Shown here piece by piece: positions 22,144 to 34,093 of a stretch of 34,131 bases of DNA (its first letter is position 1; every line of letters begins with the position of its first letter). The position numbers and the translations under genes are program-made. The notes below the pieces were generated by a model, which worked only from the letters and a program-made list of their open reading frames with translations, was not told where the DNA came from and made no database searches. Source of the stretch: Octopus bimaculoides (lineage: Eukaryota); assembly GCF_001194135.2 (NCBI RefSeq), contig NC_068987.1, forward strand, positions 76,627,213 to 76,661,343. Direction: 5' to 3'.

Positions 22144-22354
22144 TTCTTTTCTACTCTAAGCACAAGGCCCGAGATTTTTGGGGAGGGGGCCAATCGATTA
22201 GATCAACCCCAGTATGAAACTGATACTTAATTTATTGACCCCGAAAGGATGAAAGGCAAAGTCGACCTCGGTGGAATTTGAACTCAGAGCGTAAAAACAG
22301 ATGAAATACCGCTAAGCATTTCGCCTGGCATGCTAATATTTCTGCTAGCTCACT
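22144..22354 (-). mobile_element. SINE family C
   Basis: GACCCCGAAAGGATGAAAGGCAAAGTCGACCTCGGTGGAATTTGAACTCAG core. Confidence 0.9.
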
Positions 22355-23429
22355 TTTTAATCTTATGTAGTGACATCATCCTTCATACAAGAAAATGGTT
22401 TTTACACTAATTGTATATAGTCATAGTCTGGCAATTCAGTTCGTTTCCAATTTGACTCAGGTATTTGATGTTGATTAGCCACGGAACAGGTGAAATACTG
22501 GTGAAATACATAATAACCTAAAGAATTATCACCAAAAGCCTGTCAAATCAATTTGAGGGTCTTGGTAGCAGATTTAACGAGCTTCATGCAAAATTTGACG
22601 CAAGTGCGTTGCACAAATTTGCCAGCTTTTGTAAAAGTCAGAGAGGTATTTTAACATAACTTTACAAAGGTTTGCATGGTAATTGATCATGAGTAGTCGA
22701 GAAAATGTCAATAGGCTGGCTATCAATAATAGTCTGCTGTGTAAGCAAGCATTTCTATTGAACATTAAACAAATACTGTCCGGGAACTTCATGATAGATC
22801 TTTATGTGTGTGTATGTGTGCGTGCATTTGAGTATGTATAAAATCTGTAAAAATATATAAATATATATATATATATACACATATACATACACACTCAATC
22901 ACACACGCACACACACAAATACAAAAACACACACACATGTATAAATATAATATATTCTCCTATCCATCTCGACATATGAGAGTCCAACACCCTACCTGTT
23001 AGATTACCCATACAGTTGATTTGTTTTTATTGGTGAAGATATGGTGTAGGACCAGCCATACTTCTTTGGAAATGATGATAATAGAAAGTTGTACAAATAT
23101 TTGCCACAAATTCAATGAACAAGATGTACTGAAGTTTTCCATCTCTTGTGTTAGAATGTTCCTCTCTGAAGTGCAAGCCTAAACAAGGTGTTCCTTTATA
23201 AAAGACCACCACTTTTCCACACAAATAATGTTCTCCTTGCCTCACTACCACTGTGGTCCGAGGAAATGACAAAGGCTGATATATCCTAGCCCCCCCCCCC
23301 CCTACACACACAGGGTGATCAGAGGTATTGCTATCAGAATGCAAAGAGCAGATATCACAAGGCAGCCTATCCTGTATACTGATGATGCCCCCAATTCACC
23401 AACTGGACTGGCATTCATTGCTTATTGCT

Positions 23430-23835
23430 TATGACAGCCCATCAAAGATGATGACAGCAATGATCCGAGACATTCATCCTCCTCCACCCCCAGCACATTG
23501 TTTTTCATGGGAGCAGACATGGCTGACAGGACCAATATAAGACAGGCAGATCCTGTGGCACAGGGGACACTGAAAGTGACACTAGACAACAGCTGCAGTG
23601 GATTGATGACAACATCTCCTCCTTGCTTCATGCAGTTTCCCACATTTGGTTTCAAAGCACTCTACTCCAACATCAAACATAGACCTCCATGCTTTTCGAT
23701 TAATAGTCAGGGTCTCCAATTGGGGAGGGATATCACATAAAATGAGAGACCACTTGAGATGACCATGGAAATGAAATTTTGAACTTCCATGAGGCCCATT
23801 TCCAGTCTTTATCTCACTGAAGAGGACCATCTTTG
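23430..23835 (-). mobile_element. RTE/BovB-like LINE 3' fragment
   Basis: ORF 23582-23830 reads VLFSEIKTGNGPHG...HLKWSLILCDIPPQLETLTINRKAWRSMFDVGVECFE, the RT C-terminal LFGEL..G.R..G / W...A..R..WR pattern. A frameshifted C2H2-like finger follows. Confidence 0.85.
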
Positions 23836-23859
23836 GGAGCCAAAAACAATGGGAAACAT

Positions 23860-24173
23860 GAGATTTAAATTCTGTTGTCCCAAGTTCTAGTGAATCATCA
23901 CAAAAACTCTAGAATCATCAGAAAAGAAGGAAAAAAACTGAAACACTGAAGAGAGAATACAAAAAGCTATAGGCCATGAAAATGTTGTATACTGTGCTAA
24001 TAGTTATTGGTGCCCTGCGTACTGCGAGCAATGAAAATGAAAAAGTTGAAAAATGGTTAGAAGAGATAAGCTTAAAAAATGAAAACAGAGTAGATTCAGA
24101 AAATAGCATTACTTTGGCAATGCAAAGAGTTTTTGGAAAGTCCTCAAGACTCAAAAAGCATATACTACTGTAG
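23860..24173 (+). mobile_element. Decayed RLE-type (R4/Dong-like) LINE endonuclease C-terminus
   Basis: The frame from 23946 reads LKREYKKL*AMKMLYTVLIVIGALRTASNENEKVEKWL, matching LK.E...LW......PIVIGALGT...LEKWL. Confidence 0.65.
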
Positions 24174-24270
24174 TTTATGGAAAGTGAACAGCTGGTATAT
24201 TAATGACACTTCAAACAACAAATTGTGTATGTCAGATATAATAATTATAATTTTTGATCATGATGATGGC

Positions 24271-24817
24271 TTCAAATTTTGATACAAGGTCAGCAATTTC
24301 AAGGGAGGGGTAAGTCAGTTTCATTGAGTACCAGTGATCAACTGGTACTTGTTTTATCAAGACCCCACAAAAATGAAAGGTGAAGTCAGTCTCAGCGGTA
24401 TTTGAACTCAAAACGTAAAGACAGGCGGAAAGCCACTAAGCATTTTGTGAAGCATGCTATTGACTCTGCCAGCTGCTATAAAAATAATAATAATTATAAG
24501 AACAATAATGATTTCAAATTTTTGCCACAAGGGCAGCTTGGGAGAGGGGATTAAGTTGGTTACATCGACCCCAGTGTGTAACTGGTACTTATTTAATCGA
24601 CCCTGAAAGGATGAAAGGCATAGTCAACCTAGGCAGAATTTGAAATAATAATCATAATGATAATAATAAAAAAATAATAATCCTTTCTACTATAGGCACA
24701 ATGCCTGAAATTTAGGTGAGAGGACTAGTCGATCATATTGACCCTAGTGTTTCACTGGTACTTAATTTATCGACCCCGAAAGGATCAAAGGCAAAGTTGA
24801 CCTTAGCAGAATTTGAA
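24271..24817 (-). mobile_element. Three tandem SINE family C copies (24271-24477, 24511-24644, 24681-24817) separated by (AAT)n
   Basis: Each carries the CTGGTACTT..TTTAT/AATCGACCC..AAA.GAT.AAAGG core. The second and third end at GAATTTGAA. Confidence 0.88.
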
Positions 24818-24855
24818 ATTGTAGTAGTAGTAATAATAATAATAATAATAATAAT

Positions 24856-25255
24856 CAAGGCACACAGAGCTGCGCTCGGTAGTGAAATGAAAGCACGTTA
24901 TAAAAATAAAACTACTGAACAATAATAATAATAATAATAATAATAAGGTAACTCGAATGTGGAATCTAAAAACAGAACCAATTCCTATCATAGTAGGTGC
25001 CTTAGGTATAATAAAAAAATATTCAGACAAATACATAACAAAAACACCAGGACTTACAAATATATACAACATACAGAAAATTGCACTACTGGGCACTGCA
25101 CACATCCTACGCAAAACACTTTCAATACAGTAACCATAAGAGCATCACAGCAAACCACAGCACATACCCAAGGCACACAGAGCTGCGCTCGGTAGTGAAG
25201 TGAAAGCACGTTATAAAAATAAAACTACTGAACAATAATAATAATAATCATAATA
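24856..25255 (+). mobile_element. Young R4/Dong-type LINE: two tandem 5'-truncated copies in (TAA)n
   Basis: 24945-25133 reads KVTRMWNLKTEPIPIIVGALGIIKKYSDKYITKTPGLTNIYNIQKIALLGTAHILRKTLSIQ* with no internal stop, followed by a 3' UTR and (AAT)n. The 65-bp 3' end at 24856-24920 differs by 1 nt from 25169-25233. Confidence 0.9.
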
Positions 25256-25399
25256 GACATGTAATAATTGTACAAATAAAAGGCATGTAGTAATGAAAAC
25301 ATTTAAGATTTGAAGAACAGGAGAAAAGAGTTTATTTTGTGATTCATTAGTTTTTCAAATTTTCAAACAAGATGAGATGAAATATAATTATATCTAATA

Positions 25400-25870
25400 T
25401 GAAATGTAATTTTGTAACACATGATGTGTAATTTTACAAAACAAAAATTGTAATATATACTTTTATTGCAAGTAACAAAAAATAACACAATTTTATTTTT
25501 TTTGTATGAAACTACAATTGTAACACCTGATTTTATCATATGTACAGAAATAATAAAACATAACCTTATCCTATGTAACAGAAAATTGTAATACATGATG
25601 TAATTACATGTAACAGATAGTGTAACATGATTTTATTATATGTAACAGAAATTGTAACACATGCTTTATTGCATGTAACAGAAATTTGTAACATGATTTT
25701 ATTGTTTGTAACAGAAATTTTAATACATTATTTCATTTCCTGTAATAGAAAATTGTAACATATGAATTTTATTGCATGTAACAGAAAGTGTAACACATGC
25801 TTTTATTGCATGTAACAGAATTTGTGACAAATTTTTTTGTATGTAACCAAAATCATAACATGGGTTTATT
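25400..25870. repeat. Degenerate minisatellite, about 33-bp unit (ATGTAACAGAAATTGTAACACATGCTTTATTGC)
   Basis: At least 9 clearly aligned units at 25573-25870, with looser units upstream. Confidence 0.85.
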
Positions 25871-27032
25871 ACAAGTGACTGAAGTTGTTGTTTATAATTC
25901 AGTGTATAATTACACATAACATAAGTGGAAGTCATACAAATGTGTAATGAGATATGTGATTCTGTATAACGAAATTGTATGTAATATGCCTGTGAGTTAT
26001 TTAACAATGCGATTGTGAAACTTGGTTTCATGATGTATAAAACTAAAGACACACTACAAGCAGCACAGGTGCATTGAATCTAAATGCAATACAATGTATG
26101 ATTGCATGTCATATGATATTACATCTATGTATATATACGTAATTGTGTGCATGTGCAAATGTGTGTGTGTGTGTGTGATGCTCTGTGTGGGAAAACAGTG
26201 TGTGTCATATTGGACACACAGAACCTAATTTTATTACTTAGTAGTAACATGATGTATACATTACAACTGTTTGTAATGAAATGTTGCACAAAATATCATT
26301 GTGTGTAACACAACATGTGGCACATGTCTGCAATACAAAATGCATTTGCTGTTGTAACAAGAATTGCTTTTAATACAAACATATAATCCACAACAATATA
26401 GTTGTATGTAACACACTTGTAACAATTTTTTTGTGACATAAGAGTAAAAGTATTATAAATGTCAGTAACAGAGGGTGTGATTGTAAGTAATTCATCGCAC
26501 TATTAAATGTCACACTTTTCTGTAAATGCATATGACACAGTTACAAGTAACATACTCAGTGAAACATATATGCACGTAACAAAATTGTATGTTGAAGTAC
26601 ATTTCAGTTGTACAAAGGTTTGTTACACAACACATTTATGTGTAACACAATTGCAGTGACATAATACTTAATATATGATGTTATGTAACACATCTGATAT
26701 TTTACTGTTATGTAACATGGTTGTAGTTAAGGTAATGTTTAAAAGAATGTGGTGAAATTCATTGTGACACAAAACAAACTAGGTTAGATTTTGATGTAAC
26801 ACTGTTTTATGTAACTCAGCAGAGAGCTTGTATGTAATACAATGCAACAGAATGATAATGGATTAAAAAATTTGTCCTTCCAGCTCAATATATATATATA
26901 TATGTGTATGCATGTGTGCACTCACACTAACACACATGTGTATATAGATGATGTGCATATACATACACCCACAGGCACATATATCAATCTATGCATATTA
27001 CATCTGTATATATGCATATGTGTATGAACATG

Positions 27033-27095
<63 letters not shown>

Positions 27096-27734
27096 NNNNN
27101 NNNNNNNNNNNNNNNNNNNNNNNNNNNNNNNNNNNNNNNNNNNNNNNNNNNNNNNNNNNNNNNNNNNNNNNNNNNNNNNNNNNNNNNNNNNNNNNNNNNN
27201 NNNNNNNNNNNNNNNNNNNNNNNNNNNNNNNNNNNNNNNNNNNNNNNNNNNNNNNNNNNNNNNNNNNNNNNNNNNNNNNNNNNNNNNNNNNNNNNNNNNN
27301 NNNNNNNNNNNNNNNNNNNNNNNNNNNNNNNNNNNNNNNNNNNNNNNNNNNNNNNNNNNNNNNNNNNNNNNNNNNNNNNNNNNNNNNNNNNNNNNNNNNN
27401 NNNNNNNNNNNNNNNNNNNNNNNNNNNNNNNNNNNNNNNNNNNNNNNNNNNNNNTTTTTTTTTTTTTTTTTTTTTTGCTTGTTTTGTTTTTCTGTGTGTA
27501 GAACATTAGAAAATTCTTCCGAGAAGACTTGGGTTCATTTAAGCTGAAATAGGGGCTAGATAGTGGAGGAAGATCATTAAAGCCTATCACTGATAGTCTT
27601 AACTATAATTCACACAAACAAATAATTAATTTGCCTGGTTGAGTTGAGTCTCATGGGTTGAGTGGAACTCAGTGACATAGTTAAATATATGTTACCAGAG
27701 GCAGTCTTCAAGCTTACTGCCCCTGCCCTCTATA

Positions 27735-29035
27735 TAGAGTGCACCATAAAGAATTCCTGATTATTCAAATTAGTTTATTTCATTAAATTTAGTTTGAAAT
27801 TGCACATAAATAATTAAAATGTACTCCTTGTCATTCAATTGTTCAGGTACACTCCATCATTTGTTTACATTCGGCGAGTAAGATGTTTCAGTATAACAGC
27901 TAACAGGCAAAGTGAGATTGTAGCTCTGTAAAAAGCAGGTTATAGCACAAAAAACATGGCTTCAAGGGTTGGTGTCAATCCCAAAACAATTTATAACGAC
28001 ATGAAAGGCTACAGTGAAACAAATTCAATCAAACAAGCCCATTCCTGGTCAAAAATGACCCATAAAGACAAAGCAATTGGTGGATGTTGCCCAAAAGAGT
28101 GTTGTGAAATCCTCAGTGGAGCATGAGAAAAATGTCCTAAAAGTCTCGATATTTCCCAGACAACCATGTGACAGACAGCTATGAAGACTTAAATTGAAAG
28201 TCATTAAAACTGCAATGCCAACACCTAATTTCGGCTGCTTCCAAAGCAAAGCAACTAGATAGGTGCAAGAAAATGGTGGAAGAGATTCAGAGCGCTGGTA
28301 ACAATGCCTTCAGCTGATTGGATGGAAAGATATTCACTGTGGAGGCTGTGGTGAACAACTAGGATGATAGGATTTTGGCCACGAGGCTGGATGCTGTTCC
28401 CAAAGGTGCCTGTAAGGTGTTTTCATTGAATGAAATCCACTGGAGTGATGGAGTGGGTGACAATGTCATCCAATGGTGGAAAATCTCCTCTGGTGTCCAT
28501 TAAAGAGGGGACAAAGGTCAATTCTACAATTTACACGAAAATGTTGGAGGATAATGTTTTGCCATGGGCGACCGAAGCATTTGGAGATAATTACATGTTC
28601 ATGCAAGACAGCGCTCCTTCTCTTACTTCCAGTGTGACCCTGCAGTGGTGCAGGAGCCATTTCAGTGGAATCTGAGACAAGAATGTGATCCCACCTTGCA
28701 CTCCAGCCCAGACATCAACCCTATAATATTTGTTATTTGGTCCATTCTAGAAAGTGACGTTTCAAAAGTTTCCTACAAAAATATCACCACTCTGAAGAAT
28801 GCCTTAGTCATGTCATAGGAGATCATTTAAGAGAAGTTGTCTGGGATTCATGTGACTCTGACCTCGGCTGTCTTCAGGCTATTGTGAGGGGTAAAAGTGG
28901 GCATATAAAATGAAATGTATCTTAATATGTGTCATAACCATATCTAATTAAATCCTAAAGAACTTGTGTGCTTTTATGCCCTTTACTAAAAATTACGACT
29001 AAAAATCAATCAGGAATTTTTTACGATGCACCATG
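27735..29035 (+). mobile_element. Second full-length decayed DD37D (maT-type) Tc1/mariner transposon, different subfamily
   Basis: TA-flanked 28-bp TIRs: TAGAGTGCACCATAAAGAATTCCTGATT (27735-62) and AATCAGGAATTTTTTACGATGCACCATG (29008-35). Transposase pieces are DGKIFTVEAVVNN*DDRILA, ORF 28430-28675 (...YMFMQDSAPSLTS...) and SSPDINP. Confidence 0.9.
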
Positions 29036-29452
29036 TACAAGCTTATACAGCAGATTCAAGAGTGCTACCCCTCCACAAAAGCTCCACCTGTGGAGGATTG
29101 TCCCCCATCAACCTCACCATCACCTCTATCACTACACCACTGGTAAAACTCAAAAACTCAAGCCATGAGGGCTTCCAAATGCTTGAGAAGAAAGAGGAGC
29201 AAGAGGAAGGGAAGAAGATAAATGGAGGGTTTGAAGAAGGAGGATGAGGAGAAGCAGTGAAAAGGAATAACAACTAAGAGTAATAATTCTGATTTTTAAG
29301 TAAAGGGCTAAAAGTTTGGAAAGAAGGATATGATCAATTATAATTAGCCTCAGTGCTTGACTGCTAACATATCTTATTGATAGCAGAAGGGTGAATAGCA
29401 AAATTAACCATAGAAGGATTTGATGATAATAATAATAATAACAACAATAATA

Positions 29453-29657
29453 ATTTTTGTTACAAGGGCAGCTTGGGGGAGGTGGGGATGAGTTGATTAC
29501 ATTGACCCCAGTGTTCAACTGGTACTTATTTTATCAACCCCAAAAGGACGAAAGGCAAATTCGACCTCAGCGGAATTTGAACTCAGAATATAAAGACAGT
29601 TGAAATACCGCTAAACATTTCGTCCAGCATGCTAACGATTCTGCCAGCTCACCACCT
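29453..29657 (-). mobile_element. SINE family C, flanked by (AAT)n/(GAT)n on both sides
   Basis: Family core present; the full head is retained. Confidence 0.9.
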
Positions 29658-29697
29658 TAATAATAATAATAATGATGATGATGATGATGATGATGAC

Positions 29698-29892
29698 CAC
29701 TTTCATTGGCATAAGGCCAACGTTTTGTAGGCCTTGCATATGTCAATTAGATCACCTGCAGGCTAGTATTTTATTTTATAGACACCTATAAAAATGAAAA
29801 CCAAAATTGATTCTTGCAGGGTTTGAACTCAGAATGCAAAACACCTTGACAAAATATTGCTAAGCATTTTGTCCATTGCCCTACTGAATCTG
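29698..29892 (-). mobile_element. Old SINE family C copy
   Basis: TTTGAACTCAGAATGCAAA...GCTAAGCATTTTGTCC motif. Confidence 0.65.
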
Positions 29893-30161
29893 TGAATCTA
29901 TATAGCATTAATAAAAGCAAACAAATATAAATAGCAATGGTTTACGAGTAAGATATGAATCATATAAAATTGTAATGCAAAGTGGTGTTTCAGTTTTAGA
30001 AAATGACAGCTATACATGGATTGTTATCGAAATGCAGTCAGTGATTTATTCAAAATGGTCAGTAACTATAAGTGTCAGATGACCGATATATAGGCAACAG
30101 TTTCACAAGTCAATGTCCATTTATTTCTTTTAAATGCATAACTTTTGCTCACATAGCAACA

Positions 30162-30200
<39 letters not shown>

Positions 30201-31002
30201 NNNNNNNNNNNNNNNNNNNNNNNNNNNNNNNNNNNNNNNNNNNNNNNNNNNNNNNNNNNNNNNNNNNNNNNNNNNNNNNNNNNNNNNNNNNNNNNNNNNN
30301 NNNNNNNNNNNNNNNNNNNNNNNNNNNNNNNNNNNNNNNNNNNNNNNNNNNNNNNNNNNNNNNNNNNNNNNNNNNNNNNNNNNNNNNNNNNNNNNNNNNN
30401 NNNNNNNNNNNNNNNNNNNNNNNNNNNNNNNNNNNNNNNNNNNNNNNNNNNNNNNNNNNNNNNNNNNNNNTATACACACACACATACATGCATACATACA
30501 TACATATATATATATACTCACCCACACACAAACCCAGAGAGGGGATATACATACTAAAATACATACATACATATAATCATACATACATACATGCATATAT
30601 TTATATTTATGCATGCCTACTCTTGTATATATGGAGACAGCTTTTCTTATAAACACATTGTATTGAAACCATGAGTATGTTGTAATTTAATCGTTTTTAT
30701 TAAAGTTTTCTCAGATCTGTTTATCAGACACTTAAAATTCATTTTGGAATAATAAAGCTTCCAAATGCATTTTTTATCAACATTTCCAGGCTGGCTCAGA
30801 GTGACAAAAGCAATATGTTTAAAATCATGAATGGAAACAAATCAACAATTCACTTCAAGACGGAAAAAAAAAATGTAGAAAAATCAGAAAAGATAACACC
30901 AACCAATTAAGAATCAAATTAGATAAAATAATTACAATATGATAAATTCACAAATAGGATCCTTGTACTTTTCCCACATCAAAGAAGAATTCAACCCAGC
31001 AT

Positions 31003-31053
31003 ATGTGTGTGTGTGTGTCTAACTGTGTATGTGTGTCTAACTGTGTATGTGTG

Positions 31054-31111
<58 letters not shown>

Positions 31112-31299
31112 CGTGTATATATATATATACATTTACATATACATATATATAAATATATACATATATATATAGATATGTATATATATATATACATGTGTAT
31201 TTGTATATGTACACATATTTGTGTATATCTGTATACATACATATATGTGTGTGTGTGTGTATGCATATATATGTGTGTGTGTGTGTGTGTGCATGTATG

Positions 31300-31333
<34 letters not shown>

Positions 31334-31335
31334 TA
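31003..31335. repeat. Compound (GT)n/(AT)n/(ATGT)n microsatellite
   Basis: Direct reading. Confidence 0.95.
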
Positions 31336-31439
31336 GGACGTTTTGTTTGCATCTTTATTTTTACAGCCATGTGTATGTTTAAAACTGCAGACAAAACATT
31401 CTCCTCTGTTTCATAATATCTCAAATAATTGCACTCTCA

Positions 31440-32570
31440 TTAAAATCTGCCAAACAAGTAGATAACGGTATCAGAAATCAAACACCAGACAATCGCAGTA
31501 TCAAGTCATTGAAATGATTTCCAGATACTTTAGAAACAACAAATAAAATAGGTCTTATTTCAACCCCGTATAAAACTTTTCCCTAATGTTCCATTTGCAG
31601 AAACAATAGACATTATATTTGATAATGTATGCAAAGACCAAAAACAAAACCACCCTTGATACAAGCAAAGCTATATTATAAAAAAATCTAGTTGTAAATT
31701 GTTTGAATGCCTATTGGGTATGATGTCGAAATAAAAAAAGATGGTATAGCAATGGGTTCTTCCTTTGGACCCACATTTGCCACATTCTATCTGGCTGCAA
31801 CAGAAAACAAAATAATGCCTAGGCATAAATGTAATGTACTCTGAAGATAATAAGAAACTAAAAGAGGTCCTGGAAAACAACTTGGTAATAATATTGAATA
31901 GCCAAAACAGTACTAATGCATCTATATACTGTTTATGATGCATAAACATTTAGATTAAAGCCAGTTGATGCATTGCATCAGTTTACATAAAAGTTACAAA
32001 CAAATGCATATACTTAGTTGGTGATAGTGCATGCCCACATGACGAAAAAACGTCAGTGATAAAACTTCTACTTAGGAGAGCATTTAATTCACTTCTCCAA
32101 ATGAATTCACAGAATAAAGCAAATATTGATCAACAGTGAATATTCAGACATACTGCTTAACCAAGCTACTGATGAATATAGGCAGAAATACAATTGATCA
32201 AACACATTATGCAGCATCCCTCCTAAAAATACATACACTGTACACAAAGTTTACCATATGAATCAAATGTATGCCAGGTATAAAACTGATGAACATACCA
32301 TCAAAAGTCTTATGAAACTAAATACAAAAGGCTTCACACCAGACCATAAGCTGGCACAAGTAATATGATACAAAAACAAATGATCGCAAACATGTAAATT
32401 TGAGATCAAACTTGGTATGACCAATGTATAAGTTTTACAGTTAAAAACAAATTTGCAAGCATTACAGTCCCAACTCTTACACAGGCTTGGTAATTAAAAT
32501 ACCTTCCCGTAGGCTCAACAAGGAACAATAGTAGCATACTATACCATACACGATAAAAGCTTTTTAAATG
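31440..32570 (+). mobile_element. Decayed Penelope-like retroelement (RT plus GIY-YIG remnant)
   Basis: KLFPNVPFAETIDIIFDNV (31573-), DGIAMGSSFGPTFATFYLAATENKIM (31740-) and VYIKVTNKCIYLVGDSACPHDEKTSVIKLLLRRAF (31981-) are PLE RT motifs. QQGTIVAYYTIH near 32520 resembles the endonuclease region. Confidence 0.85.
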
Positions 32571-32760
32571 TTTTCATATAAACACAGGCCTATTCCCCAT
32601 TTTTTTAGGGGTGGGAAGCCACAACAAGACATTCTGTATTCTCTGTGTGGTGTAAGAGGCCATTAAAAGGGCCGGGAGCGAAAGGATTGGGAATCCACTC
32701 CTGGTAATTTCATATTCCGAAAATGACAACATAAAACAAAGCTAAATCGGAAAATATTGA

Positions 32761-32943
32761 TTTCAAACTTTGGCACAAGGTCAGCAATTTCAGGGTAGGG
32801 AATAAGTTGATTATACTCGACTGGTACTTATTTTATAGACCCTGCAAGGATGAAAGGCAAAGTTGACCTCAGTAAAATTTGAACTTAGAGCATAAAGGCA
32901 GGTGAAATGCCGCCAAGCATTTTGCCCAGCACAATAATGATTC
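32761..32943 (-). mobile_element. SINE family C
   Basis: Family core present. Confidence 0.85.
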
Positions 32944-32970
32944 TTATAATTCTCACACAAATAGACAATT

Positions 32971-33132
32971 AGGAGTGACTGTGTGGTAAGTAGCTTGCTT
33001 ACCAACCACAAGGTTCTGGGTTCAGTCCCACTGCATGGCAACTTGCACAAGTGTCTTCTACTATAGCTTTAGGCCAACCAAAGCCTTGTGAGAGGATTTG
33101 GTGGAAGGAAACTGAAAGAAGCCTGTTGTATG

Positions 33133-33165
<33 letters not shown>

Positions 33166-33287
33166 GTATGTGTTTGTATTTGTGTGTCTATGTTTGTTCC
33201 CCTAGTACTAACATCTCTTGACAATCTATGTTGGTGTGTTTACATCCCTGTAACTTAGCAGTTCGGCAACAGAGGCTGATAGAATAA
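32971..33287 (+). mobile_element. SINE family A (3'-truncated) with internal (ACAT)n
   Basis: AGGAGTGACTGTGTGGTAAGTAGCTTGCTTACCAACCAC head and GGTTCAGTCCC B box. Confidence 0.9.
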
Positions 33288-33849
33288 AAGAATAATTGAT
33301 CATGAAAACATTACGAATATTGTGACACAATGTCACAATTAATGCACAACATATACATGTTACAAATAAAAATCTGGTGACTTATAGTCATTGGATTTTG
33401 CTCAAATGGATAAAATCAGGTAAGAAAGTAATGGTTGGTGGGAAAGTCTGTATAATCATAAGCCACCAATTATAAAGAGAGCAGCACAGAAGCTGAAAAC
33501 CACTCCACATCCTGAAGATGAGGCTGAGATAGATCAGAAACATTGATAAAGTTAAATTTGGGAACTTTTTTATTCTGAACACTCAATAAAAGTCTGTTAT
33601 TCTGTTATGCAGCCATTAAAAAAAAACACTTTTATAAAATAGATTAAATTAGAACAAAATCAGGTTTACAATGCAACATATACACATATATGTGTGTTTG
33701 CTATTATATAATGCCAATAGATGTATTTTGTATTTTTCCAGCTAATAAAAACTTTTGAAATCAATACATTTTGACAGTTTGTAAGATGTCCCATGATGAT
33801 TTGAATGGTTGCAAGATATTTTGTATGCTCACAAAGACATATATGTAAT

Positions 33850-34093
33850 TTTAAACACATGCACACATACACACACACACACACACACATACAGACATCC
33901 CCCCAGACACATACACATACACGCACACAAAGACATACATACACACATATACATATATCTTTATGTATACATATATGTGCATAAAATCAAAATATTTTGA
34001 AATTGTATGGATAATACTGTACTAAATTCTGGTGCCTCAACTTAAGTACCATATTCATCTGAATCTAAATTTTCGCTGAACTCATCTACCATA

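Noticed and set aside
23027-23344. 105-aa minus-strand ORF as a host exon
   Set aside because: No recognisable domain; it crosses a poly-C/(CA) tract next to the RTE 3' region.
23810-23866. ATCTCA-CTGAAGA...TGAGAT hammerhead-like pairing
   Set aside because: There is no stem III or cleavage triplet, and CTGAAGA is the antisense of RTE coding sequence.
24856-25233. 65-bp direct repeats as CRISPR-like or LTR-like repeats
   Set aside because: They are LINE 3' UTR ends with (AAT)n tails in eukaryotic DNA, with only two copies.
31840-31872. CTGAAGA-TATAA-GAAAC...GTC
   Set aside because: There is no stem II and it lies within the PLE RT coding remnant.
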